This document shows, piece by piece, positions 1 through 8,550 of a stretch of 50,014 nt of DNA. The first letter of the stretch is position 1. Each line of letters begins with the position of its first letter. Source of the DNA: Candidatus Pacearchaeota archaeon (lineage in GTDB: Archaea; Nanobdellota; Nanobdellia; Pacearchaeales; GW2011-AR1). The stretch covers positions 1 to 50,014 of the forward strand of contig VGKS01000001.1 of the NCBI GenBank assembly GCA_016866935.1, written 5' to 3'. Both the position numbers and the translations under genes were made by a program. The notes under the pieces are model-generated. The model ran no database searches. It was not told the origin of the DNA and saw only the letters and a list, made by a program, of their open reading frames with translations.

Positions 1-1
1 A

Positions 2-664
2 ATAAACAATACTCAAGATAATACTGAGAAAATAGTAAAGAATTTTATTAAAAGAGCTAAAAATGTTAGTTATATAAAATTCAAAAAAGGTGGCAAGGGC
101 TTTGCAGTAACAGAGGGTTTCAAATACCTTATAGCAAAGAAGTTTGACATGGCTGGTTTCGTAGATGCCGATCTAGCTACCTCCCCGGATGCATTTTATG
201 ATTTAATAAATAATATTAATGGTTACTCCGGAATAATTGGAAATAGATGGTCTAAAAAGTCTAAAATTTATAGAAAGCAACCCGTAATTAGAAGATTGGC
301 AAGTAGAATATACAATTTCTTGTTAAGAATAATGTTCTTTATGAGATATAGTGATACTCAATGTGGGGCAAAACTGTTTAAAGTAAATGATTTAAAAAAA
401 ATAGTGAATAAAATATTCATAACTCAATGGGCTTTTGATATAAATATATTATATCTTTGCAAACTATATGGACTTAGAATAATTGAGTTTCCAACTGCAT
501 GGACTGATGAGGAAAATACAACTGTTGATACAATAAGAGCTTCAGTAAAAATGTTCTCTGGAACGTTAAGACTAAGGCTTATTTATTCTCCTTTTAGCTT
601 TATTGTAAGAGCATACGATAAATTACCAAGAATATTAAAACTAAATCACTCAATCATAGAATAA
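2..664 (+). CDS. GT2 dolichyl-phosphate glycosyltransferase-like (ALG5/AglD-like), 5'-truncated by window edge
   Basis: Frame open from base 2 (…GGKGFAVTEGF…); motifs GFVDADL, DTQCGAKLF, WAFDINIL. Confidence 0.8.
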   Translation: MNNTQDNTEKIVKNFIKRAKNVSYIKFKKGGKGFAVTEGFKYLIAKKFDMAGFVDADLATSPDAFYDLINNINGYSGIIGNRWSKKSKIYRKQPVIRRLASRIYNFLLRIMFFMRYSDTQCGAKLFKVNDLKKIVNKIFITQWAFDINILYLCKLYGLRIIEFPTAWTDEENTTVDTIRASVKMFSGTLRLRLIYSPFSFIVRAYDKLPRILKLNHSIIE

Positions 665-1671
665 TGGAAGAACCTGAGATACTTATCATCCATTTGAATG
701 GTGAGAAAGTAATAGACAACTGTTTGAATTCAATATACGAAGATGACAAAAAGGCTAAAATAAGTTTACTTTTTAATCAAACTACAGATAATTCTATTAA
801 TATTGTCAAAATGAAGTATCCTTCTGTAAAGATATATTTAACTGATAGGAGAATGGGGTTTGCAGAGGCATCTAATTATTTAGTAAAAAGATCTAAGTCA
901 AAATACATTATATTTCTTAACAACGATACTGTTGTTAGTAAGAACTGGAAGTCTGAAATGTTAAAGACTCTCAAAAGAAATAAAAAATGCATAGCAGTTC
1001 AATCCAAAATAAAATCTTATTACCAAAGAGATAAATTTGAAAATGCTGGAGCTGCTGGAGGTTTTATAGATAAATATGGGTATCCATTTTGCAGAGGAAG
1101 ATTGTTTAACTCTGTTGAAAAAGATAAAGGTCAATATAATGATGAAATAAGAATATTCTGGGGGTGTGGGGTATCTTTGCTTGTAGATAGAAAAGAATTT
1201 ATTAAACTCGGCATGTTTGATGAAAAGTTTTTTATGTATGCTGAAGAGCTTGATTTTTGCTGGAGGGCTAATAATTCTGGGAAAGAAATATGGTTTTGTC
1301 CAAAATCTACAGTATACCATATTGGGAGCTTTAGTATAAAAGAGGAAAAAATAAACCTCAAGAAAGAATACCTTATTTCCAGAAATCATTATATTGCTTT
1401 AATGAAAAATAGCCATTTTCCACAAAGATTGTTGCTTATTTTCCAAAAAACAATGCTTGAAATTATTTCATTGGGAAGATTTCCTGTAAAGAGAGGATTA
1501 CCTTTCTTAATCAGCGTGCCTTATCTTGCCCATTACTTAATTTCAGAGCATAAGAATATGCAACACCATAAAATAAGAGAAGATGTTAAAAAAATGATTT
1601 ATCCAAGAAGTATAGCATTGGACCATTTCTTAAGAGGTAAAAAGACTTTTAAATCACTGAATTTTGCTTGA
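664..1671 (+). CDS. GT2 family glycosyltransferase (WbbL/rhamnosyltransferase-like)
   Basis: FLNNDTVV, GMFDEKFFMYAEELDFCWR, VYHIGS motifs. Confidence 0.85.
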   Translation: MEEPEILIIHLNGEKVIDNCLNSIYEDDKKAKISLLFNQTTDNSINIVKMKYPSVKIYLTDRRMGFAEASNYLVKRSKSKYIIFLNNDTVVSKNWKSEMLKTLKRNKKCIAVQSKIKSYYQRDKFENAGAAGGFIDKYGYPFCRGRLFNSVEKDKGQYNDEIRIFWGCGVSLLVDRKEFIKLGMFDEKFFMYAEELDFCWRANNSGKEIWFCPKSTVYHIGSFSIKEEKINLKKEYLISRNHYIALMKNSHFPQRLLLIFQKTMLEIISLGRFPVKRGLPFLISVPYLAHYLISEHKNMQHHKIREDVKKMIYPRSIALDHFLRGKKTFKSLNFA

Positions 1672-1675
1672 ATTT

Positions 1676-2635
1676 ATGAAAGATCTCACAATAGTTATTC
1701 CCACATACAATGAATCAAAAGATATCGTAGAATGTCTTGATTCTATTTCTAAACAGAAATATGATAAAAAAAAGTTTGAAGTAATAATAGTTGACAATTG
1801 TTCTACAGATAAAACTGTAGAAATTGCAAAAAAATATTCAAAAAAGATAGACTTGAAAATAGTATTTAACAAAATAAAAGACGCTGAGGTAAGTAAAATG
1901 GTTGGATTCAAAAAGGCTAAAGGTCAATATTTTATGTATATGGATGCTGACATGGCTTTTTCTGATGATAGGTTTATAGAAAGAATGACTTTTCCTTTAA
2001 AACATGATAAAGAAATTGCAGGAGTCTTTGTTAAATTTTTAGTAAATAAACAACATCCACCTTTAACAAGAACATTATCTTATGATCCATGGCAACGCGA
2101 CCCCATATTCAGATTCTTCACAGCTTCTCCAAATAAGATAATAACTGAAAAGAAAAGTGGATACTTTGTATGCAGGGTAACAAAAAATACAATACCTCCT
2201 CAAGGTTTGATGATTTATAGGAAAAAGATAATAGAAGAATATACTAAAGATAAAAGGCAACTAATAGATAATGATATACCTGTCGCAATTTTTAATGAAG
2301 GTTATACTAAGTTTGCATATGTACCAGAAACTGGGATATACCATAAATTATTGAGAAGTTTAACAGAGCTATCAAGAAAAAGAATAAGAAATCTTAGAAG
2401 AACTTATTTTCCCAATCAAGAAAAAAGATTGTTCAAATGGATTAATTGGAAAAAAGATTGGTATAAGGCTATGACATGGTTAATCTACACTCACTCTTTC
2501 CTTCCATTTATAACGGCAATATACAAATCTTTAAAGTATAAGGATCTTGCTTTGTTGAATGAACCTGCAATAAATATAGTGTCCACATATTCTATTGTTT
2601 GGGCAGTCTTAGTTAATTTGAAAAATGGAGAATAA
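1676..2635 (+). CDS. GT2 family glycosyltransferase
   Basis: IVIPTYNE, IIVDNCSTD, YMDADM; ATG at 1676 preferred over TTG at 1664. Confidence 0.85.
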   Translation: MKDLTIVIPTYNESKDIVECLDSISKQKYDKKKFEVIIVDNCSTDKTVEIAKKYSKKIDLKIVFNKIKDAEVSKMVGFKKAKGQYFMYMDADMAFSDDRFIERMTFPLKHDKEIAGVFVKFLVNKQHPPLTRTLSYDPWQRDPIFRFFTASPNKIITEKKSGYFVCRVTKNTIPPQGLMIYRKKIIEEYTKDKRQLIDNDIPVAIFNEGYTKFAYVPETGIYHKLLRSLTELSRKRIRNLRRTYFPNQEKRLFKWINWKKDWYKAMTWLIYTHSFLPFITAIYKSLKYKDLALLNEPAINIVSTYSIVWAVLVNLKNGE

Positions 2636-3263
2636 AAATAAACTTTATGGTAGAGAAAGGGTATGTGCTTCTATAATTGATAATAAAATTAAAGGAAAAA
2701 CTTTGAATATAGGCGCAGGTGAAATGCAATGGATTGAAAATATACTATTTATAAAAAATAAAAACTTCTTTTCTTCTGATTTGGACGATAAAAACCTTGG
2801 AGTGGAAAATAAAGCAATTAACAAGGTTAAGGCAGATGCTACCAAACTGCCATTTAAGGATGGATATTTTTCTCAAGTAATTATTTTGGATGTACTTGAA
2901 CATATTAAAGATCATCATAAAGCACTAGATGAGATAAATAGAGTACTCAATAAAAATGGAAAGCTTGCGATTTGTGTTCCTAATGATACTTTTCTAAGTT
3001 ATTTTAATCCTGTGCGCTATGTCCAACATGAAAGACATTATACTATCAAAGATATTACAAATCTTCTAACTAAAAAGGGTTTCAAAGTGAAAAGGGTTTT
3101 TGCCGGCGGAGGGATATTTGAATTAGCTGCCCTATATATTCATTTTTTCGCAAAGTATTTCATTAAAAAGAAAGTAAGCCCATTTTCAAAAATAATAGAT
3201 AAAGAATATTTCAAACATAATCAAAAAGGCAATGAAATTGCTATTCTTGCTATAAAGAATTAG
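2625..3263 (+). CDS. Class I SAM-dependent methyltransferase
   Basis: LNIGAG, ADATKLPF, LDVLEHI, ICVPN motifs. Confidence 0.85.
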   Translation: MENKNKLYGRERVCASIIDNKIKGKTLNIGAGEMQWIENILFIKNKNFFSSDLDDKNLGVENKAINKVKADATKLPFKDGYFSQVIILDVLEHIKDHHKALDEINRVLNKNGKLAICVPNDTFLSYFNPVRYVQHERHYTIKDITNLLTKKGFKVKRVFAGGGIFELAALYIHFFAKYFIKKKVSPFSKIIDKEYFKHNQKGNEIAILAIKN

Positions 3264-4726
3264 ACTCTTTGGTAGATTATTACTGCAGGCCGCTGCTGAT
3301 TGACATCGAAATAAAATGTCTTTATAGGTATCAGGCCCCCTTGTTCAACAATAGGCTTGAAGTGAATCAAAACCTTTTCATTTGGAGGATAAAACACATT
3401 AACTATCAAGTAATCTGCCTCAAGAGTGAAGTTTGAAAAGTCCGCATCCTGCGGGAATGCTTGCACTCTTCTTTCTGCATAATAGATTGTATATGGCTCT
3501 GTCCACTCTCCTGCAATAATAGAATCTTCTGGAGTATTGTATCTTATCCACTCAAATGCTTCTTTCATCTGCCCATAAGATTCCTTTTTCTCAATCATCA
3601 TCGTATTTGCAAAAGATAGATTTGCAAAAGCAACCCATAGAACAAAGGCAATACATACAATCATAGCAAATTTCTTTTTGTTATTTGCCAAGTAATCGTA
3701 AATAACTGAAACCACTAAAGCAGGCAAGACAAAAAAGACAGATGATAATCCAAGTAAGTATCTATCTTCTGAAGCTTTTATTACAAAAATAAAGAATGAA
3801 AGAACAACTAACAAGAGAATCAAATTAAAGATATGCATCCTGGATTCTTTATGCTTCGAAATGAACCCATAGGACATAACTGTTCTAACTAATATAATTA
3901 TAAGACTTGCATAGAAAAGAAATACTAAAGGCGATTGCAAGATATGATTGATGAATCCAAGAGTATACCATGCAAAATCTTGTTTTTCACCTGCACTAGA
4001 TGCATAAGTACTAGTTGCAGGTAATATAGAACCATAAGCAAATAAATTTATTATGAAGAATAATATTAATGGGATAGCTCCAATAACTCCGCCCATCCAA
4101 AAGTTTTTACTTTTAACTAATTTTACTTTATGAACAAAGATTAAGAAAAGTATAAAGGCAAAGGCAAAAACTGCGTGAGAATACCTAAATAGGACGGCAA
4201 ATGACAGACAAAATACAGAGATGGTCCAGTTCTTAATATTTAGAGATTCATAAGACTTAACAAAAAAGTATATGCTTGCGAGTATCAAGCACATTGAAGG
4301 TATATCCGTCATTGCTCTTGAAGAATAAAATATGTATATCCAAGAAACTGAAGAAAGAGCAGATGCTACCAATCCTACTCTACTACCGTACATCTCCTTT
4401 CCTATTAGGAAAATCAACCAAACTGCGAGAACAGAAGGAATTATGTTTGTGAAAACAATCAGGAAATAATCTGAAAATCCAAACTTTAACATCCAGCTCC
4501 AAATAATGGGAAAAAGCGGCGGACGTATAATTGTTTCATTAATTATGAATGGAGTTTCGTCCCATAAGTGATAAATCATGTTTTTAGCAAGACTTCCATA
4601 TGCCAAAGAGTCCCACCAATGCGCCTGATTTTTTACTATATTAAAAAAATAAAACCTTACGAATAAAGCAATTGCTATAATTCCGTATAAAGCAAATTGC
4701 AACCTATTGATTTTTTTGTCTGCCAT
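3260..4726 (-). CDS. GT-C fold membrane glycosyltransferase (PMT_2/ArnT-like)
   Basis: Multi-TM protein; HWWD acidic loop after TM1, RPPLFP, AMTD, EDRYLL motifs. Confidence 0.8.
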   Translation of the reverse strand: MADKKINRLQFALYGIIAIALFVRFYFFNIVKNQAHWWDSLAYGSLAKNMIYHLWDETPFIINETIIRPPLFPIIWSWMLKFGFSDYFLIVFTNIIPSVLAVWLIFLIGKEMYGSRVGLVASALSSVSWIYIFYSSRAMTDIPSMCLILASIYFFVKSYESLNIKNWTISVFCLSFAVLFRYSHAVFAFAFILFLIFVHKVKLVKSKNFWMGGVIGAIPLILFFIINLFAYGSILPATSTYASSAGEKQDFAWYTLGFINHILQSPLVFLFYASLIIILVRTVMSYGFISKHKESRMHIFNLILLLVVLSFFIFVIKASEDRYLLGLSSVFFVLPALVVSVIYDYLANNKKKFAMIVCIAFVLWVAFANLSFANTMMIEKKESYGQMKEAFEWIRYNTPEDSIIAGEWTEPYTIYYAERRVQAFPQDADFSNFTLEADYLIVNVFYPPNEKVLIHFKPIVEQGGLIPIKTFYFDVNQQRPAVIIYQRV

Positions 4727-4728
4727 TG

Positions 4729-5874
4729 TTAATTCTTCAATTCGTCCTTTATTATACGATCAAGTCTAGAAGTTAATAAATCCCACTTAAACTGCGAGGC
4801 AAATGAATGAGCATTCCTGCTTATATTTTTGAGATTTTTATTTTTAAGACTTTTAACAGCTTCAACCAAAGAATCAGAGACTCCTACTTTAAAGATCAAA
4901 CCATTTTCATTATTTTTTACTAAATCTCTTATTCCTTCTACATCAGACCCTATACAGATTCTTGAGCGAGCCATTGATTCTATCAGTGACTGAGGCATAC
5001 CCTCTCTTTTGGAAGGAAGGATAAAGATTGACGAAGAGTCGAGCTTTCTTATTTTATTTTTAGAGCCATATATTGCTCTAGAGAATGTTACTCTTTTGGA
5101 CAAGCCTTCCTTCTTTATTAAAGATTTTAGATATTTTTCGTAATTACTTTCAATTGGGCCAACTAATTCAAGAGAATAATCATTTAATTTGGTCAAGGCG
5201 AAAATGGCAGTTTCTAAACTCTTAACAGGGGCTATTCTTCCCAAAAAGAGCATTTTATTATCTTTATTAAATTGAGATTTTGACTTAAAGAAAATTTCAG
5301 GGATACCATTTGGCACGTAAGATAATTTGGTTTTGCTTGTACCTATTTTCAATAAATAAGGTACCTCCCAATGTGAAATTGTTATTATTCTATCAAACTT
5401 ATTTATTTTTCTCGGACCAATAAATTTATCATAGAACCATACCGATAATCTAGCGGGTAAGCCTCTTTCAGAATTATCTTCATTAAAAGGAGCGTGGGTT
5501 ACCAGTATTACTACGCATTTCTTTCCCATCCTCTCAAGCTTTTCTTTTATTTTTAAAGCCGTTGTAGTATGTATGTGCCTATAGACATGAGTAATGATTA
5601 CATCAGGAGAATATTCAATGGCATCGTTATAAAAATTCCAAAACATAAAAGATTCTCCCCCTAATCTGAAGTAAGGGAAGCGCCTAACTTTAACCTTGCT
5701 TATAGTTTCACTAATGGGGACTTTTTCTCTGCTTCCTTTTATGGCTCTGGAAGAAAAAACCTGTACCTCATATCCTTTTTCGGATAGACGAACAGACTCT
5801 TCTCTGACTCTATTCCAAACTCCGCAAATTCCGGATGAAAAGTGACAAAGCTCCAAAATCTTGAGTTTACCCAT
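4729..5874 (-). CDS. GT4 family glycosyltransferase
   Basis: VPNGI, FLGRIAPVK, PSKREGMPQSLIESMA (EX7E); start at ATG 5874 chosen from TATA spacing. Confidence 0.88.
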   Translation of the reverse strand: MGKLKILELCHFSSGICGVWNRVREESVRLSEKGYEVQVFSSRAIKGSREKVPISETISKVKVRRFPYFRLGGESFMFWNFYNDAIEYSPDVIITHVYRHIHTTTALKIKEKLERMGKKCVVILVTHAPFNEDNSERGLPARLSVWFYDKFIGPRKINKFDRIITISHWEVPYLLKIGTSKTKLSYVPNGIPEIFFKSKSQFNKDNKMLFLGRIAPVKSLETAIFALTKLNDYSLELVGPIESNYEKYLKSLIKKEGLSKRVTFSRAIYGSKNKIRKLDSSSIFILPSKREGMPQSLIESMARSRICIGSDVEGIRDLVKNNENGLIFKVGVSDSLVEAVKSLKNKNLKNISRNAHSFASQFKWDLLTSRLDRIIKDELKN

Positions 5875-5894
5875 AATATTGTGAGGAATTTCCA

Positions 5895-5910
5895 TTTAAA
5901 AGCTTTTAAA
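5895..5910. promoter_or_regulatory. Palindromic back-to-back TATA boxes serving divergent GT4/GT2 genes
   Basis: Perfect palindrome TTTAAAAGCTTTTAAA; each half starts ~27-28 nt before an ATG (5874 minus, 5932 plus). Confidence 0.6.
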
Positions 5911-5931
5911 CCAGATAGTTAATTAGAATAT

Positions 5932-6792
5932 ATGTCAGACAGATTAGTTTCAGTTGTTATTCCTATGTATAATGAGAAAAAAGACATCCCTTATTGCATT
6001 AGAAGCCTTAAAGCGCAAACCCACAAAAAAATAGAATTAATATTAGTTGATGATGGAAGTACCGATACTACCATACGGGTGGCCAATGACACTGCCAGAA
6101 AAGAGAAAATTAAAATAAAAATACTGAACCAAAAACATGGAGGGCCTGGAAAAGCTAGGAACTTTGGAGCAAAAAACTCTAAAGGAGAAATCCTGATATT
6201 TGTTGATTCTGATATGACTTTTGATAAAGATTACATAAAAAATCTCATAAAACCTATCAATAAAGAGGTAATCGGAACAACCCATGATAATGAAATAGTT
6301 CTTAACACTAAGAATATATGGAGCAGATGCTGGGGGCATATACGAGTCTCACCTAAAGATGCAGATAAGGTAAAAATATTTAGAGCAATTGACAGAAAGA
6401 AATTTTTAGATTTAGGAGGATTTGACCCAGATTACGGATATGCAGATGACCAGACTTTATGGTTCAAGCATAAAGTCAAACCGATTGTAGCCAAAAATAC
6501 GGTATGCTATCATAAAAACCCTGAAAACCTTAAACAGATATATTCCCAAAGTAGATGGATTGGAGCTTCCATAGATAATTTATTTACTAGAACAAAGATA
6601 GTAAACAAGTTGTTTCCATTTTTTCTCTATTTAATTTCCCCTATTGCTATTCCAACACTGTCTTTAATGAAATCTATGAAATTAAAGAAAGTTTCTGTAG
6701 TCTTTCCAATGTTTGTTTTTATGACAATAAGGTACTTTGGAACAATATCTGGAATAACAAGAAAAGCATATCTGGACATAAATTACAGGTAA
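5932..6792 (+). CDS. GT2 family glycosyltransferase
   Basis: VVIPMYNE, LVDDGSTD, GPGKARNFG, FVDSD. Confidence 0.88.
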   Translation: MSDRLVSVVIPMYNEKKDIPYCIRSLKAQTHKKIELILVDDGSTDTTIRVANDTARKEKIKIKILNQKHGGPGKARNFGAKNSKGEILIFVDSDMTFDKDYIKNLIKPINKEVIGTTHDNEIVLNTKNIWSRCWGHIRVSPKDADKVKIFRAIDRKKFLDLGGFDPDYGYADDQTLWFKHKVKPIVAKNTVCYHKNPENLKQIYSQSRWIGASIDNLFTRTKIVNKLFPFFLYLISPIAIPTLSLMKSMKLKKVSVVFPMFVFMTIRYFGTISGITRKAYLDINYR

Positions 6793-6822
6793 CTTTATAA
6801 ATTACTATTATAAAGTAAAAAC

Positions 6823-8550
6823 ATGTTTGTCTTAGGACTTAATATAGGACATAATTCTACGGCATGTCTGCTAAAAGATGGAAAGATAATTACTTGCGTG
6901 AGCGAGGAGAGATTTTCAAGAATAAAAAATCATGCAGGCATACCTTTCGCAGGAATAGATTATATCTTGAAGTCTAATGGGTTAGAAATTAAAGACTTGG
7001 CTACGATTGTATTGGACGACCATTATCCCATAATAAATGACCCTAAATTTGTGAAACAATTCTTGGAATCTTATATTCGCAAACCTCTTCATAAAAGAAT
7101 TTTATCTAAAATTGGATATAATTATCCAAATTTTTACTATAATTATAATTTAATGAAAAATCCTAGATCTTCAAATAAAAAAAGAAGAAATGAAGTAAGA
7201 AATTACCTTGCAAGAAAACTTAACTATCCAATAGAAAAGATTATTTTGATAGATCATCATTACGCTCACGCGCTTGCGCCTTGCTTCAATCTTAACAAAA
7301 ACCAAAAAACTCTTGTTTTTACTCTGGACGGGGAAGGAAGCGGAACTTGCGCTACTGTAAATATATTTGATGGTAAAAATCTTAAAAGAATAGCAATGAC
7401 AGATAAAAGCGCTTCTTTAGGATACCTTTATGCAATAACTACTATTATTTTAGGAATGAAACCTCTTGAACATGAATTCAAGGTAATGGGGCTGGCTCCA
7501 TATGCAAAGACAGAAAAAGTAAAGGAAGTTTATGAGGAGCTCAGAAAGATAATATGGGTAGACTCCTTAAAATTTAAGTCAAAATTCAATATGCCTTTTG
7601 TAGACAATTATTTGCTTGATAAAATGAAGTTTGTTAGGTTTGACACATTAGCAGGTGCTGTGCAAATGCTTACTGAAGAGCTAACACTGGAATGGATAAG
7701 AAATGCCATTAAGGCCACAGGAATACATAACATTGCTTTGGCTGGAGGGGTATTTATGAACGTTAAAGCAAACCAAAGAATAGCTAATCTAGACGAAGTT
7801 CAGAGCATTTTTGTTATGCCGAGTTGTGGGGATGAATCTAATGCAATAGGTTCTTGCTTTTTTGGATATAGGGAGCTAAATAAGGATAAAAATATTAACT
7901 TTAGAGCCATAGAAGACTTATATCTTGGACCAGAATGCGACAATAAAGATTTAGAGGATTATCTCAAGAAAAATAAACTGAAAAATTATACTGTAAAAAA
8001 AGTAAAAAAAATAAATAAAGAAGTTGCAAAACTTCTTGCAGAAGGGCAAATAGTAGCAAGATGCAGTGGAAGAAGTGAATGGGGTGCTAGATCACTTGGA
8101 AATAGGGCAATACTTGCTAATCCTAGTGACCCTGAAACAATAAGGATTTTGAATGAAACAATAAAAGACAGAGATTTTTGGATGCCATTCACCCCCAGCA
8201 TTATTGAAGATGATGCTCATAAATACATAAAAAACCCAAAGAAGATAAAAGCTCCTTATATGACTCTAACATTTGACTCTACAAAACTTGCACAAGAGCA
8301 TTTATCTGCAGCTATGCACCCATATGATTTTACACTTAGGCCTCAAATAGTATACAAAAACTGGAACAAAGGATATTATGATCTAATAAAAGAGTTCAAA
8401 AAATTAACAAAGATCGGAGGAATATTAAACACTTCATTCAACCTCCATGGAGAACCTAATGTATTAACTATTAATGATGCCATTCACACACTAGATAATT
8501 CGGCACTTAGATATCTGGCAATTGGAGATTACTTAATTAAAAAGAATTAG
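6823..8550 (+). CDS. Carbamoyltransferase (NodU/CmcH/TobZ family)
   Basis: GHNSTACL, EERFSRIK, HHYAHA, DGEG, AGGVFMNVKAN, EWGARSLGNR, LNTSFNLHGEP. Confidence 0.92.
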   Translation: MFVLGLNIGHNSTACLLKDGKIITCVSEERFSRIKNHAGIPFAGIDYILKSNGLEIKDLATIVLDDHYPIINDPKFVKQFLESYIRKPLHKRILSKIGYNYPNFYYNYNLMKNPRSSNKKRRNEVRNYLARKLNYPIEKIILIDHHYAHALAPCFNLNKNQKTLVFTLDGEGSGTCATVNIFDGKNLKRIAMTDKSASLGYLYAITTIILGMKPLEHEFKVMGLAPYAKTEKVKEVYEELRKIIWVDSLKFKSKFNMPFVDNYLLDKMKFVRFDTLAGAVQMLTEELTLEWIRNAIKATGIHNIALAGGVFMNVKANQRIANLDEVQSIFVMPSCGDESNAIGSCFFGYRELNKDKNINFRAIEDLYLGPECDNKDLEDYLKKNKLKNYTVKKVKKINKEVAKLLAEGQIVARCSGRSEWGARSLGNRAILANPSDPETIRILNETIKDRDFWMPFTPSIIEDDAHKYIKNPKKIKAPYMTLTFDSTKLAQEHLSAAMHPYDFTLRPQIVYKNWNKGYYDLIKEFKKLTKIGGILNTSFNLHGEPNVLTINDAIHTLDNSALRYLAIGDYLIKKN

